From Styela clava (Eukaryota): a DNA stretch of 64,000 bases. Below the pieces are notes generated by a model. That model saw only the letters and a list, made by a program, of their open reading frames with translations. It was not told the origin of the DNA and did no database searches. Position numbers and translations under genes: made by a program. Shown here in pieces: positions 28,023 through 41,632 of this stretch; the stretch's first letter is position 1, and each line of letters begins with the position of its first letter. The stretch is taken from NCBI RefSeq assembly GCF_964204865.1, contig NC_135255.1, positions 7,998,001 through 8,062,000 on the forward strand, given 5' to 3'.

Positions 28023-29614
28023 CACAGGAAAGAATCTTTTTGCATTTTCTACTTCGCCGACGGACTTCCCAAGATTTTGACAAAACTATTGACGATGTAC
28101 AGCTTCTAAATTATAACCAAGTGTTTTATATTATTTATTCCCTTATGGAATGATATGTAAATAAATATTAATAGTTTAATTGTGACTGGCTTCTATCAGC
28201 TTAGACATGATATTGTAAGAATACCTGGATATTGTAAAAAATCATCTTTGTATGAGATCGATCATACTTTCGAAATTGAAGCCTGCATTTTTATCTATAT
28301 ATTTGAGAGGAAAGGTAATTAGGTGAACGCATTGTGTCAAAATGAATGAACCACATCAGGTAGGGCAGAAGTTAGTGATTACCAATTCGCTTAAACTCAT
28401 CGATCAAAAGTCTTGCAGCACACTACCATGATTGTGCTTTTGCAACATTTTGTTTCCAAGGGTGAAAATTAAAATTAGGGACATTTCAGGATCATGGGAA
28501 TGCCAATATAGATTCATCTGCATAAAAGAGAAAGAATAGGTAAATAGTCTTGCATAAACCCAACTGATAGATGTTAGGGAGAGTTAGAAATTTTTAGAAG
28601 CAAATCAGTTGAGAGTGTTGGTGAACAACTCTCCACCTTTGCATATGCTAAAACTTTAGCAGTGGATGCTTTAGCAGTTTAGATAATATTATTCAAAGAT
28701 AATTACCGTGGATTGTAGGGACAGTACTTTGGCATCTACATGGTTAAAGGAATACATATTAAGATTGGCCAATAGCACTTGGATGGGAATAACCAACAAG
28801 CAGTCGGCTTGGGGATCCAATTATTGTAATATTTTCCTTTGGCCGAAGGAAAAGTCAGAATCTATTACAATTGTGAAATAATATTATGCCATAATAAAAA
28901 ATATATATAAAGAAACTCGTATTTCAAAAAATTAAGTTTTATTCAAGATATCATTGGCCAACTTCTTCTGAGATAACAAGATACACATGATCGAACAGCA
29001 ATTAACCGCATTTCAGCAAATTGTAACAAAATATGGCATTTACTGAATGTACGTAACCCTGACAATAGGATCAAAGAAAATTCTTTTTATACTTTATTAT
29101 TACCCAAGTTTTTATTTCAATATTACAATTGATCACCTGAATCTACTTCAGAGTCTATCCAAAGAGACAACCATGCATAAAGATATTTATTAATAATCAT
29201 AATTTTATTTATATGAATATGAAGTATAAATTGTAAATAATGAATTAAGGCTGTTTATATACGAAGCACTAGTGATTTAGTAAGCTTTATTAAACGATAA
29301 AAAATACACCAAAGTTTAATAGCACCATAATACAAAATATAAAAATATCAAAATTGATAATATGAAATAGATAGAAATCATGGACGGATTGTGAAATATC
29401 AAAAGGCAATAAAAATTTTGTGCAATAGAATAAAAATCCGAAACATTTTAAAATGGTTCAAATCATGTTTCCAAATTAGGTCACGGATTCCAATGATCTG
29501 TTTGAGCTCTTTTTGTGCATCATGCCTATTTATGTTTGATTTGCTACCATCACTACCAACACATTGCATCTTTTTCCACTGGAACATTCTGTTTTTCTCA
29601 TTTTTGGATAAATA

Positions 29615-32600
29615 TCAATGATTTTTTGGTTTGGTGTCAGGTACATCTGAGAACAAGAAATATTCAATGATGTAATATTAAAAAAATCACTACTAGTAAC
29701 TCAGTAAGTACACACTCTAAATCTGAAACATATACAACATTTGATGAAATAAAATACATCAAATTCCTTAATCAACAGTTAAATGTGTGAACCAGTAGTT
29801 TTCAGCAGATGTTCCGCGGAACTTTAGGGTTCCGTCAGTCCAGGCCGGGGGTTCCGCAGGTTTACATGGAAATCCGAGAGTCTGTGTTATCATATGTATA
29901 TTGTTTAAATATAATCAAAATACATGTGGTGTGTTTCAGAAGTGTTCAAGTCAAATTTATCATAAAAACATATTCTTGGAGTGGTCAATTTATTTTTAGT
30001 TTCTTCCATATGACATTTTTCATATTTTTTTGATCGGCATATTTTATGATAACAAATATAATCAATTGTACAGGGGTTCCATAACCCGTTGGAATGTTTC
30101 TTGGGGTTCCGCCCTGCCAAAACAGTTGAAAACCATTGGTGTTAACAATAGATCAATGAGCAAAGCATGTTATTCTGTTAATAAAAGGCTAGAAATCTAA
30201 TGTCAAGCCCTATAAATCCAGCTATCAAGCCCAACACTTTATCCAGGCTGTCAGGTTATGATTTACCGAAAAGATGCTTGCTGTTTCAAATATTTGTAGA
30301 TGCGAAGCCTTATTCAGAGCGACGATGTCTAAACATAATAAATATATCGAATACCATACCATCTGCAGGATCAGATTTTTTCTTCTTTTTCTTATCTTTA
30401 TTCTAAAAAAGACAAATTAATATATGTATTGTTCAATATACATTGCTTCTTTATGGTGTAATCAATTTTGAAATGATCAGATCAAACTGAAATTTGCGTA
30501 CCTCTCATTCATAGAATTCTATGAGTCTGTATAGAGCCTTGTTTAGAGTGAAAAATATAAATAAATACATTGGATAAAAAAATCTCAAAGTTGCTTGAAG
30601 TAAACACAAGCACAACAAAACAGTACTTGGCTACAAAACAGTTTTTTGTGAAAAAAAAATTATGAAAGCATGTATGATAGTATGGTTTAAGCATGATAAA
30701 TATGACACAGAAAAAAATAGGAAAAAAATACAAAAGGCCATGCATAACTTAATATGGAAACAGTGTCCTTCAACAAGAAAACGCAAAAGCAAAATGGTGT
30801 GTATAAATAATACAATTGATAATATTAAACTAGCTTACTTTCACACCCTCACTAGTTTTCTTGGGTGCATCTGATAAGTTCGATGCTTGTGATAATCTCC
30901 GACTTGCCTTTCCTATTTCACTTCCTTTTGGGGTCGTTGGTCGACTACGAGGTGATTTGGTTGATTTAGGATCCATTACTCTGTATGTTTCACGTCCTTT
31001 ATGATAAATAATCACATTAACAATAATAATCGATGAAAGCCAAATTCGACTTCTCTACGACAGTAGCTTGAAGTGGTTGCACCTTCAAATCTAGCTCACT
31101 ACAATTTTCTAAAATGGAATCAGGTCTGAAATAGCTATTCCAATGCCTGCCAAAAATTAAAACACATCATTGTTCAGGTGCATTGCTTGGCGAAAATGCT
31201 AATAATAATATGAAAATATTCAAATATAGGTTTTGTCAACCATATGATATGTTAAATATGACTAAATAGAATTTCAAACAAATCAAGATACTGCTTTAAA
31301 TGAATGATCTTTCACAAGAATACGTTCATGTTTCCGGCGAACAAAAAAAATTCTGAATTTTGAAAAGCAAATTGATTCTAAAATTTACTATTTAAAACTA
31401 ACTGAAAAAGTAAGACCCAATACTACATAAAAGGAAACAAACCATTGCTATGTTCTCCATTCATTTCAACATTAGAATGAGATCTGGAAGGAGCTGTACG
31501 GGGACGACTTGTTTCTGATGATTTTCGCTTTTGCTTTTCGGGTTTTGGCTCAACTTGCTTTTCAGCAGCGGGTCTAAAAATTCCAAGGGAACAATTCAGT
31601 ATTTCCATTCATTTATTAAAATGTCTTAATAGATATGGCTTGTTAGAAGATCTTCCAGCGTCCTTTGCCCTTGTTTTTAAGCTACATATTATCTTATTTT
31701 CATCAATGTGATAAACAAAATATAAATTAAAATGTTAAAAAACACAGGTGCATAGTTGACAATGTTTTCAAATTAAATTGTGCTATATTCATTCCTGTTA
31801 TTCTTTCAACCCAGATATTGTTCACTGATTTTTAGTCAAACCTACAGTGAACACGTAACCAGATCGTCACATCGTCATTATTCTCAGTTTCAGGCTAATT
31901 GATTCGTTTGGTGCTCCTGTAGATGTGCACCACAATGGCACACAACCGGAACCCTAACCTGGTACACATACTATGTTCAGGTTGTGCGCCATCTTGGTGC
32001 AAATACTACCGGAGAGCCATTCATTTTATACATTCATATATTCTACCTTGAAACAAATGATTCTACATTAATATCAGATCTTCTCGCACTTTTAATTTGT
32101 GAAAGCACAGATTCTACATCTGATTCTGGAGCTTCCCACACTGGTTTACGTGGTCCAGTGACCTGCAAAATAAAATACCACTGATTTAAAGATTGATTGG
32201 CCATGACTAACTAATACAAGCGGTTCGGATTAAGCCATATTTAAAAAACAGACGAGTCGAGAGCGTATAAAATACTATTCCGAATATATTATAATAAGTT
32301 AATATTCAACAGAGGAATTTCTAACAGAGAAATAGTCGGAAATGTTTAGCAGAAAAATTGTAATCAATGAATATTATCTTTTTCCATGCGGAACATATAT
32401 CCTGTATCTGCTTCAATGCTTATGTATATACATACATTAGGTATATTTTTTGCATCACCAGAAGTTAAATGAAATCTATTTTTTATTTAACCATGGGATG
32501 TCAAATGCTCAAAATAAGATTTTTCTTTCAGATAAAACTATTCCAAAATATTCCTACAATCAAGAAGTTAAGATATTAAATATAGACGATTTCAAAGATA

Positions 32601-35600
32601 TTCAAAAATTGGATTCGTTATGGACATCTGTGCATCGAAATACTTATTATGCAAAACTACACATTTATGCGAATCATGTTATATTTACAAGTTCCAAGGT
32701 CACCTGTGAAGCACTTTCGAAGTCATCATCATCTTCATCAAATTTATTTTGTACATCACTTCCTTTATTGGTTTGATTTAAACCTTCCATACCTCCAAGT
32801 TCATCGAAAAATCTAAAACAGAAAGAAATTACAAGACAAATATTTTTCTTAAAATATATCATTTCAACTCAGTCAGTAGAAACATTGGAATTGGGGTTGA
32901 TAATCACAAGAGGCCTGCTTGGGGTAGTAGATTTAACTAAAGATTTGTAAATATTAAAATCTTTGAAAAGTACCAGACTATACAAAACAAACTGGTAGGA
33001 TGAAATAGGCTCGACGGTGTGGCGCATCGTACTAAGCGTTAGGAATACGCTCGCCACCATGTGATGTGACCTCTGATCACCCAACGTGGGTTCGCATGTT
33101 CAAATCCCATGCAGGATAGTTATGTGAGAGAGGATTGCTAGACTCCTCACAGTCGTAGGGTGGTCCATGTAACTGCTGGTCGGTTATGGCTTCCTCCATC
33201 AAGTCCATGCTTCCGAAAACAAATAACTGGCTAATTAATCCCATACCCTACATGGCATGATAACCAGATGGGGGGCCGTGGTTTGCCATATGATTAAGCT
33301 GTATTATGGGCTTTCCTCTCCCCCGAGATAAATATGTAAATTCTATCCTATCCTAGGATTTTTATATTTATTCGGGAGAGGTGATAAGACAGCGTAATCA
33401 TTAATAGAATCACAGTCTGTCTGGTTGCCGTTCCATATTAAGGTATGGAAATAGTTCCAGATTCTAGTTTCAGATACATGGACTTGATGACCCAAAAAAA
33501 TGAAATCAAACCAACTCTTTTACTGTTTTTACTCTTTTCAAAAAGTTTGATTACAAAATAGCTTTAAGCATTTCTCATTTGAAGTTGGCTTACTTTGACA
33601 TGTTCAAAACAAACTCAATTTCATCTTTTGATTTTCGACCAGATCTTCCAACAACAACTCCAGTTTTAGGTGGATTCTAGAATTAGGAAAAATTTATTGC
33701 AAAAAGAGTTATAGAAAAACCGTAAAGTTTCTCATTTTGTTTATGTACATTGCACTACCATGAATCTCTGTAATTTAAGTAGCGTAACTGTACTCAGAGA
33801 CCGGTTTCTTCTTCTTTTAAGTGAGTGTGTTTGCCCTTGCATTCAAAAAATTTTCTTGGAAAAAAAAATTAACTAGATGAAGTCACGTTCAAGCACAAAA
33901 ATATCCATGATATACAAAACATTAACTTTTTTTTTTAATTTAAAATACCGATAGATTAACTTTCACTGTCGAATATGCACAAAATATACTGAAAGATCGA
34001 ATTATGACAAATGATTATACATATCAAGCCCGGATCGGTAAGTCAATGAGACGACGAAGTCATTATACCAATACAAACCCCACCTAATGTAACTATGAGC
34101 CATGCTACTCTTCTAAATAATAACTAAGGACATGTTAATTCAAATAAATCAACATTTTCTTGATGGCATACCTTGACACCTTCACGAATTAATTCGTCAG
34201 CATCTTCTAATATTTCAAGAGCACCATCGTCAGTTTCATCACTATTTATAGTAACGGGTGATATTGATTTAGGTTTGGAAGATTTCGACTGCGATTCGTC
34301 GACCATTTTTCTAGAAAAATATTCTAATCAATTTTATACTACTAGATTGGATGCTTATAAGCATACTATTAAATGCTTAAACAAAATAATGCAAAAGATT
34401 TCAAGTTGAAATATTATTGAATTATTCACTATAATTAAAGAGGAATGTATGTGAATGTACATATTAAATATTTCCTTGCTGTTTAATCATTACATATATT
34501 GATAGATAATATTAAAATATATAAAATTGAAATGAATGACGTTTAAGATTAGTTTGTAACTCGATTCATATTAGCACAAATGCGAAGAAATAAAGATTGG
34601 CTATAAAAAGTCAGATTAGCAGCTTTGACTACAAACAATACCAGGGGCGTAGCTAGAATTTTTGAAAGGGGGGGGGACAGCTTTTAAAACGGGCACCGTG
34701 ATTACACTACAATTTTTTTTTAATCCATGGCTGATGCGTTTACAGCCTAAATATAACTGAATAACCTGATGCTGATGAAAACAATCGGCATTTTAACAAA
34801 ATGAAATCGCATACGTTATTAACGACTTTTTCGGTCTTCCGAAGTTTTCAAAGTGGGTTCACCCCGCATGGCTAATTCCCTGAGCAATACTACAATATTA
34901 TGCTATGAACTGCAAGTCCTTCGTCTCTGTTCAATTCCAATCTTACAGAAACCTACTTCAACTCTTCTAATCTTTTCCTTTTTGCCTCCTTAGCTGACAT
35001 TTTGGCCGATTTTTTTGATGTTGATACATTGTCACTTTTTTTGTTTTCTTCAGTTTTATATTTACCTTGAAAATATACCATAGCCGACTGTGAGTAAACA
35101 CTACCAGTGTGGAATCAGAAAATTTGATTTGAAAAAATTGTATTTCCCAAATATGCGGAATTAAAAAAAACTTGTTAAAGACACGTGTGGGTTGAAGATT
35201 TTGCTTCCAAATGAGGAGATTCTAACCCGCTGAATATACTAGCCCACTACCTGGATGTTGAGAGCCTTGTTCGAAGAATTACATTTCAATATCGAAAGAT
35301 GTTTCATGCAAACAGTTTATATGAATCAAATATATTTAGTGCATCATGTTGTATGCAAATCAAAATAGGGAAAACGTGGTCTGGCTTCAAATCCCCATTA
35401 GCCTAGTAAAGGGCCCATTCTGAAGGTATATTAAATCCCCGATCATAACTGAAAAAATTGCAGCAGCTTCATGCAACTGACTGCTTGCTTTGAGCCATAT
35501 TCAAAACCAATATGAGAGAAGGACAATCAAATTTAAAATCGTATAAAATAAATTCCACAACCCTGGATGTTAACATAATTCAAATAATTTTTTGTCCCTA

Positions 35601-38600
35601 TTTGCTTGCCAGGGCATTAAATTAAAATCATTATCTTTAGATTAACAATAAGTAGAATCAACCTGAACGAAATACAAGAAAGAATGTAAATCATATTATT
35701 TTTTTTAAAACCATACCTGATAAAGAAAGTTCTGATTCGATATCTTCCTCGTCAGTTTTTACTTTCACTTGATGTTCACCAACAACTTTAGGTTTGGCAT
35801 AAACAAGTCCTAGATCAATCTAAACAATGATATTTTTCAAAATCGCGAAAAAGTATTTAGAACAAGGGTTCCTAACCTGGGGTTCGCGAACCTCCATGGG
35901 TTCACAGGAAGATTTTCAGGGGTACTTGGAAATGGCAGATGAGTTTTCATGTGCTGCTATTTTTTAATATTCTATCTATACTACTAGAGGAAAATGCCTG
36001 CCGATTGAAATTCAGCAAAGATTTTCCCTGATTTTGCATTGCTGTGATGCAACAATGTGAAATCCACGGCTTTGTAGCCAAACTGTAAAACCTCAATAAT
36101 GTGCTGCAAGCATTGCGAAATGAGATATGCTAATTGAAACTTGAGAATTCATTAGTAAATTAGTAGTAATTAGAGGACAAGAGCAATAACATTCTTTAAC
36201 ACGAAGTTTTAATTTAGTTACAGCAGTTGGTCAATAAATTGTTGTTGCAGCAAATTGTTAGTCAATATATAACAACATTGTGTGGTGTCTGATTACTGGA
36301 GGTTCGGGTTGATTGTTTCATGACTCGGGGGTACTTAACAGGAAAATGGTTGAGAACCCCTGCTTTAGAACTCGATAATTTTTTATTACGAATAAGGGAC
36401 AAATAAGATTTTTCCATATAAAATCCAGGAAAGCGAAAAGATGAAAAAGTGCTTAAAACTTTATGGAAACAAAACCTGTCATATCATTACTAGTTCAAGG
36501 TTCCATAGGAATTGTTAACCATTATCATTCCTGATGTGTGGACTTTGATGGTAAGAGAAGCCATAACTGAATGGTGGTTACATAATCTACTAACTCTACT
36601 AACTGTGATAGCAAGACGCCAAACATTTCTTTCACTTATAAATCATTATTCTAAATGGCCTCAAAACCCATCTGCAAGCCATCACAGAATAATAGGATTT
36701 TAAATGTGAAAATTAGTCATTAATAACAGGAATTGTGGCCATTGGTAGCTTGAGATAATAGCTGGACAAAACAGTACCGGTACTTGAAACCGAGATTTCT
36801 AACATGAGATAGCATTAAGTGCCTTGAAATGTAACAACTTCGAAATAATGAGTATATGAGTATATATATAAATTATTTTAAATCAACATTAAAAACTCAT
36901 TCGATTAGAATGATAGCATACGATTTTTCATCTTTGATTTATCTCAAATATGGCCGTACAAAACATCAATGTAAACTATGATGAATGAACATACTTGATC
37001 ATCGCCACCATCTATTACATCATCTATTTTATCTCCTGAAGATATTTTCGTTTTTTGATTCCATTCTGGCTTTTCATTTTTTGTTGATTTGGTTACTGGT
37101 GTAGTTTGATTCAATTTGGAACCTAAAAACAATTTGAAGTTGAAAGTACATAAATCAGATTATAGCTAGCAGTAGCACCATTTTTTACTTGTTGAATAGA
37201 AGTATAAATTTTCTTGTCTTGCCTTGCAAAAATTATCACATACTCCAGATTTCTTTTGATACTATATAAAGTTTTAATCACATAAATTATAGAATGTGTA
37301 ATGAAAATAAACTCAAATTCCATAGTCAAATCTTTTATGAAATAATAGCACGAAAATGTGCAATAATTTTTATAACTTCAGCAGTCTATATTCTTTAAAA
37401 AATCCATGTCAAAAATAAAAATATTATATTTGATTATAAACAGGGTGAGGTGAAAAAACCTCCCGTATTTTAAATTTTTTATGAATTAATTAAGAAATGA
37501 AATACAGTTTTTTTGCCCCATTTCCCCACCATGTATATAATATTTATTTAGTTATAATGACATATTCGAAATATGAAAAATGAGACTGCTTATACCAAGT
37601 ATTATAATATTATAAATGTGAAAGAATAATTAGACGATTAGGAGCTAAATTCACTAACATTTATTTTAAACTTGGCCTTCTTGTAAATATCAACTATAAT
37701 ATATGCCAAATATTGTAAATAAAATAAAGAAAACCTAGAAATACCTGATTTTGATTTAGCGGGAGATTTCTTTGAATGTGTTTGCCAAGGTTTGTCATAC
37801 TTTCTGACCTCAGGTGATGTTGAATGTTGTGATGTTTTATCTCTGGGAGAAGTTGGTTTCATTTGTGCAGGTGCTATTAGTCGAAGATTTCAAATTGAGA
37901 AAATTTGAAAAATTGAGAAAAAATATCAGTGTTTGGAACAATGAGACATTTGAAATAATTAAAAATGTATGATAAATGATAGATAATATGCTTTAGGTCA
38001 GTGGTTCCCAAACTTCTTGGTATTGCTGACGCCCTGAAAAATGATCAAGATGTGACTTCCTGTGAAAAACGTTTTTGATACCTTTTAATAAAAAACCTTC
38101 TTTGCAATGAGTTTCATAAAAATTATGCCTGAAGGGAACTGCCGGGGTGTCAATATTGAGTCATTCGAATAAACGCGTAGACGAAGTGCTGAACGACGCT
38201 CAACATGCCCATGTTCATGAAAGGATTAGAAATGAATGATATGCATGGCTCGAGCTGACCGACTCTGTGTTTGTGATGTCATAATTGGAACAGCATTAAA
38301 TGACCCGTGACGTTAGTGAGATCACTAATACCTAGATAAAATTGATCGTTACAATAATAAATATATTGTCATCTCCAGTTCAAGTGTGATTCAAACGAGA
38401 ATTCCGACTTTTCTACGCACCACAGGTACAATTCCACAAAAGAAAAAAAGTTTTGCGATGCCCTAGCAAAATTCAAACGACGCACTTTGGCGTCTCGGCG
38501 CCCACTTTGAGAACCACAGCTTTAAGTAATCAAATGATTAGCTATCACCTTACAAATCTAAAAGTAGGCCTAAATAATTTAAGATACTAACCTGTGGCCC

Positions 38601-39338
38601 ACAGCATTGCATTACTGCTGATTTCTACTTTGTTTTCTTTAGTTGTAGTGCTGTCATCCCGTACAATCTGAAGAAAAGTTCTTTTAAATAAAAATAATAA
38701 CAAGATTTAGAAAGAATGTAAGAACTATTTCTTACGTGCTTTATTTTTTTTTCTTTATTTTGCAATAAATTTGCCAAATAATGTATTGGACTCGCTGGCA
38801 GATCTTTGATTAACTTTCCCATCATTTCCTAAAAAAGAGAAAAGACATTATTGTCATAACATAAATAATTGGTTTAAATCCCAGAGAGATAATTGTGTGT
38901 CTCCAAGTCTATTCATCTAACAACCAGTTAGCTACTCCCTACCTGAGCTGGACCAGAAACTAGGCAATATCTCTTTCATACATAAATTAGGATGGAATTG
39001 CATAGCTGATTTGGAGAAGAGGAAATGGAATATCTATCCATAGGGTTTTTCTAACAGAAAAATTAAAGAAAACAATTGTATGTGTATTACGGTAATCGTA
39101 ATCATGAATTTGCTTTTATTCACAAGACAAATAATTTAAATAAAAAAATGTGGTGAAAAAATGATATTCAAAAAATTGTTCCGAAAGTTGAAGCAAAATC
39201 TACCATATTTACAGCAAAACTGATTTTGAACAAATCTAAGAATATTAAAAAAAATAGCAATAAATGTCAAACCTCAAAAAGTTCACTAATCTTGTTTTGC
39301 CGCAGATAATTTTGAATTCTTGTTTTAGATGAAGACAT
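29615..39338 (-). CDS. C8orf34: C8orf34 (VEST1) homolog with an N-terminal RIIa/Dpy-30-like dimerisation/docking domain
   Basis: 15 phase-consistent exons: 39338-39273, 38828-38736, 38667-38592, 37873-37745, 37122-36995, 35819-35717, 35065-34957, 34310-34172, 33676-33594, 32812-32704, 32162-32047, 31573-31443, 30996-30839, 30402-30360, 29646-29615. Motifs I recognise from vertebrate C8orf34: TRIQNYLRQNKISELFEEMMGKLI..P..PI.YL, MLWA, YDKPWQ, ALEILEDADELIREGV, FESASQVTGP..PVW. The last exons are less certain. Confidence 0.85.
29793..30138. mobile_element. hAT-type MITE in the last C8orf34 intron
   Basis: Termini CAGTAGTTTTCA / TGAAAACCATTG, GGGTTCC subterminal repeats, TSD GTGTGAAC/GTGTTAAC. 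Confidence 0.8.
31910..32018. mobile_element. ~110-bp palindromic MITE (GG..CC, Merlin-like), family C
   Basis: Inverted arms containing GCGCCATCTTGGTGCA, internal AACCCTAACC, TSD ATTCGTTT/ATTCATTT. Related copy at 58374-58469 and a half copy at ~49726-49760. Confidence 0.75.
33008..33355 (+). mobile_element. tRNA-derived SINE (antisense in a C8orf34 intron)
   Basis: GC-richer ~350-bp block with A-box-like TGGCGCATCGT (33020), B-box GTTCAAATCC (33098) and a simple-repeat tail (CTATC)n at the 3' end. Confidence 0.7.
34642..34882. mobile_element. Degenerate non-autonomous DNA transposon
   Basis: Starts CAGGGGCGTAGCTAG, ends GGCTAATTCCCTG; TSD AACAATAC/AGCAATAC. Confidence 0.6.
35863..36362. 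mobile_element. hAT-type element, family A copy 2
   Basis: Colinear homology to 4239-4735; TSD ATTTAGAA/CTTTAGAA; more diverged than copy 1. Confidence 0.9.
37999..38519. mobile_element. hAT-type non-autonomous element
   Basis: Termini CAGTGGTTCCCAAA / TTTGAGAACCACAG; TSD CTTTAGGT/CTTTAAGT. Confidence 0.8.
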
Positions 39339-39793
39339 CTTACTTATAATTATTCACTACATATAGGCTACACAAAAAACTATAAAAAAAAGCAAAAATA
39401 TTAAGAATCAAAATGGTATAATATATATTCAATTGAAAAATATAATCCATGTGAATTGAAACAAATTATTAGCGAATAAAAGTTGATGAACAGTTCAAAG
39501 ATAATGCTCATTCACGAGTATAGGAAATTGAAGAATATGAAATACAGAGACAAGCTTGCGTTTTTAATAATATAGATTTCTGGAACACAACAAATTCATA
39601 TTATGTATAATGTTGGGAACATCCAGAGCAGGTCTCCCACTTTTAGAATTTGTCGAGTCTTGCGCTCCACCTCAAAAATAAGTATCTAAAAAAAGCTACA
39701 AACAACAGATAGTACGGCAAAAGTATGTTCTATTCAAAAAACATGTGGATGGAACATAAATATCCAAAATGAAGAAATGTAAATATCTAAAAC

Positions 39794-39930
39794 AACGCGG
39801 GCAAGATCAAATCTAACAAATATTTTCACACTGATGTGGTTCTCAAACAGTGGGGCGTAGACAATTTTTTGAGGGGGCGTGGAGCTAATTAAAAATGAAA
39901 ATATTTGTTAGATTTGATCTTGCCCGCGTT
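39794..39930. repeat. Perfect 35-bp inverted repeat enclosing a truncated hAT-like end
   Basis: AACGCGGGCAAGATCAAATCTAACAAATATTTTCA (39794-39828) and its reverse complement (39896-39930); the spacer contains GTGGTTCTCAAACAGTGGGGCG. Confidence 0.85.
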
Positions 39931-40548
39931 TTGCATTGTTGAAATATACAATTCATTTATCAGTATTAACAGTGATGTTCAATTCAAAAATCTACTTCTT
40001 TGACAGGTTTATACAATGTTGATTATGATTTTGCTTTTTCAATAGACAAGGAATGCAAACACCACATTTATAAAACTTTCGACTTACTGTTCATTAGTAA
40101 CACACATAAAGCTTTAAAAATCAGAATCAACCGCTGCCTTTTCAATTTCATAACAACAAAACGAGAAGTGTAAAAAAATTAAAATTTGAATAATAGTACC
40201 CAAGGAACACTTTATAATACAGAAATTCTTTTTTTCATTACTCACAAAAAGATGCAATGACTATTTTAAAATAAATACTTATGAAGAACTATAAATATTG
40301 TTAGTTTAAATATAGTTTAAAATCTACTTTCCAAGTATTATTAAAAATGTTTAAAAAACCTTGTTTTGAAAAATTCAACATTAAAGATATTTAAAAAGGC
40401 TTTTCCTTTAGAATATAGATATTCAAAATTATTGGTTATTCGTAAAATTGATTATTGTTTCAACGAAATCATGAGTTACGTCAAATTTTGAAATTTGATA
40501 TGAAGCTTTTAAGAAATTGGCGTAATTACAAGTTAAAAAATATGTAAA

Positions 40549-40716
40549 AATAACATAATCTCTTTCCACAAAATATCAAGTATATTTATGAGCTTTCGGT
40601 AGATCATATTCGCTGTTTAATCAAGCCATATCTTGTTTTATCTGAAGAAGTTAGACTATGATCTAACGAAAGCTCATAAATATACTTGATATTTTGTGGA
40701 AAGAGATTATGTTATT
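40549..40716. repeat. 60-bp inverted repeat with a 48-bp spacer (MITE-like hairpin)
   Basis: Arms 40549-40608 and 40657-40716 are reverse complements with one visible mismatch. Confidence 0.88.
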
Positions 40717-41632
40717 CCTATTTATCTTTATAATACTATCTCTGTCACGCATCCATGTGGCAACAGCCACATACGGATCCGGAATAGAAAGTGAACAAGG
40801 GAAAAGGACCTGCAGTTCAATACACAATATTCCACAATTCAATATTCCAAATTTCATCTTAAAATTATTTTAGATATTTTATCTTAAATTCACAAAACTA
40901 TGATTTATGAAGATTCAGTTGTACATAAAAATCAGTTTTATTTAACAGATATCCATTTTATTTCCCTAAATTTCAAATTCAATTAGGTTCCTTTCTTTTG
41001 AACATCTACTGTAGATTTTGAATTATGTAGAATTTATGCTAATCACTCAATAATGAAGGAGAATAATCAATGAGCAAAGTTACGAATCTAGTCTGAAACT
41101 ACAAAAACTACTGAAAATCCAAAATTGATTGTGGTGCGTAACACACCAGCAAGTATGATCATGCTCGCACATGAGACAACTTTACCCCAACAAAATCTTG
41201 AAGAAGAAAACATATTTTACAGTGAACAGGTATCATAAACACAGGGTTGTTTAAATTTGCCATATTCATATTAAAATTACCATATTTTACGAACCATAAG
41301 GTGCAACATTAAAAAATTGCTTAGATTGGGATTTTTTCCATACAAATAGCACATCTGGCTAGAAGACGCAACCGTTTTCAAGAAGTATCGGATTACGGAA
41401 CAAAATTCATTGAACAAAAAAACTCTTTAGGATTATCGTATTTAATTTGAAGAAAACATAAAGTGGTGGTTGGTTTATAAATCAATAGTACCAATACTGA
41501 TTTTAGGTGTAGTTAATGAAGCATAATGCTTATAAGGCGCACAATCAATTTTTTGAAAAAAGGGGTTCGACAAGTGCCTTATGGTCCATTAATAGAGCAA
41601 TTGAGCATGTGAAATTTTTATCATATGAAACA

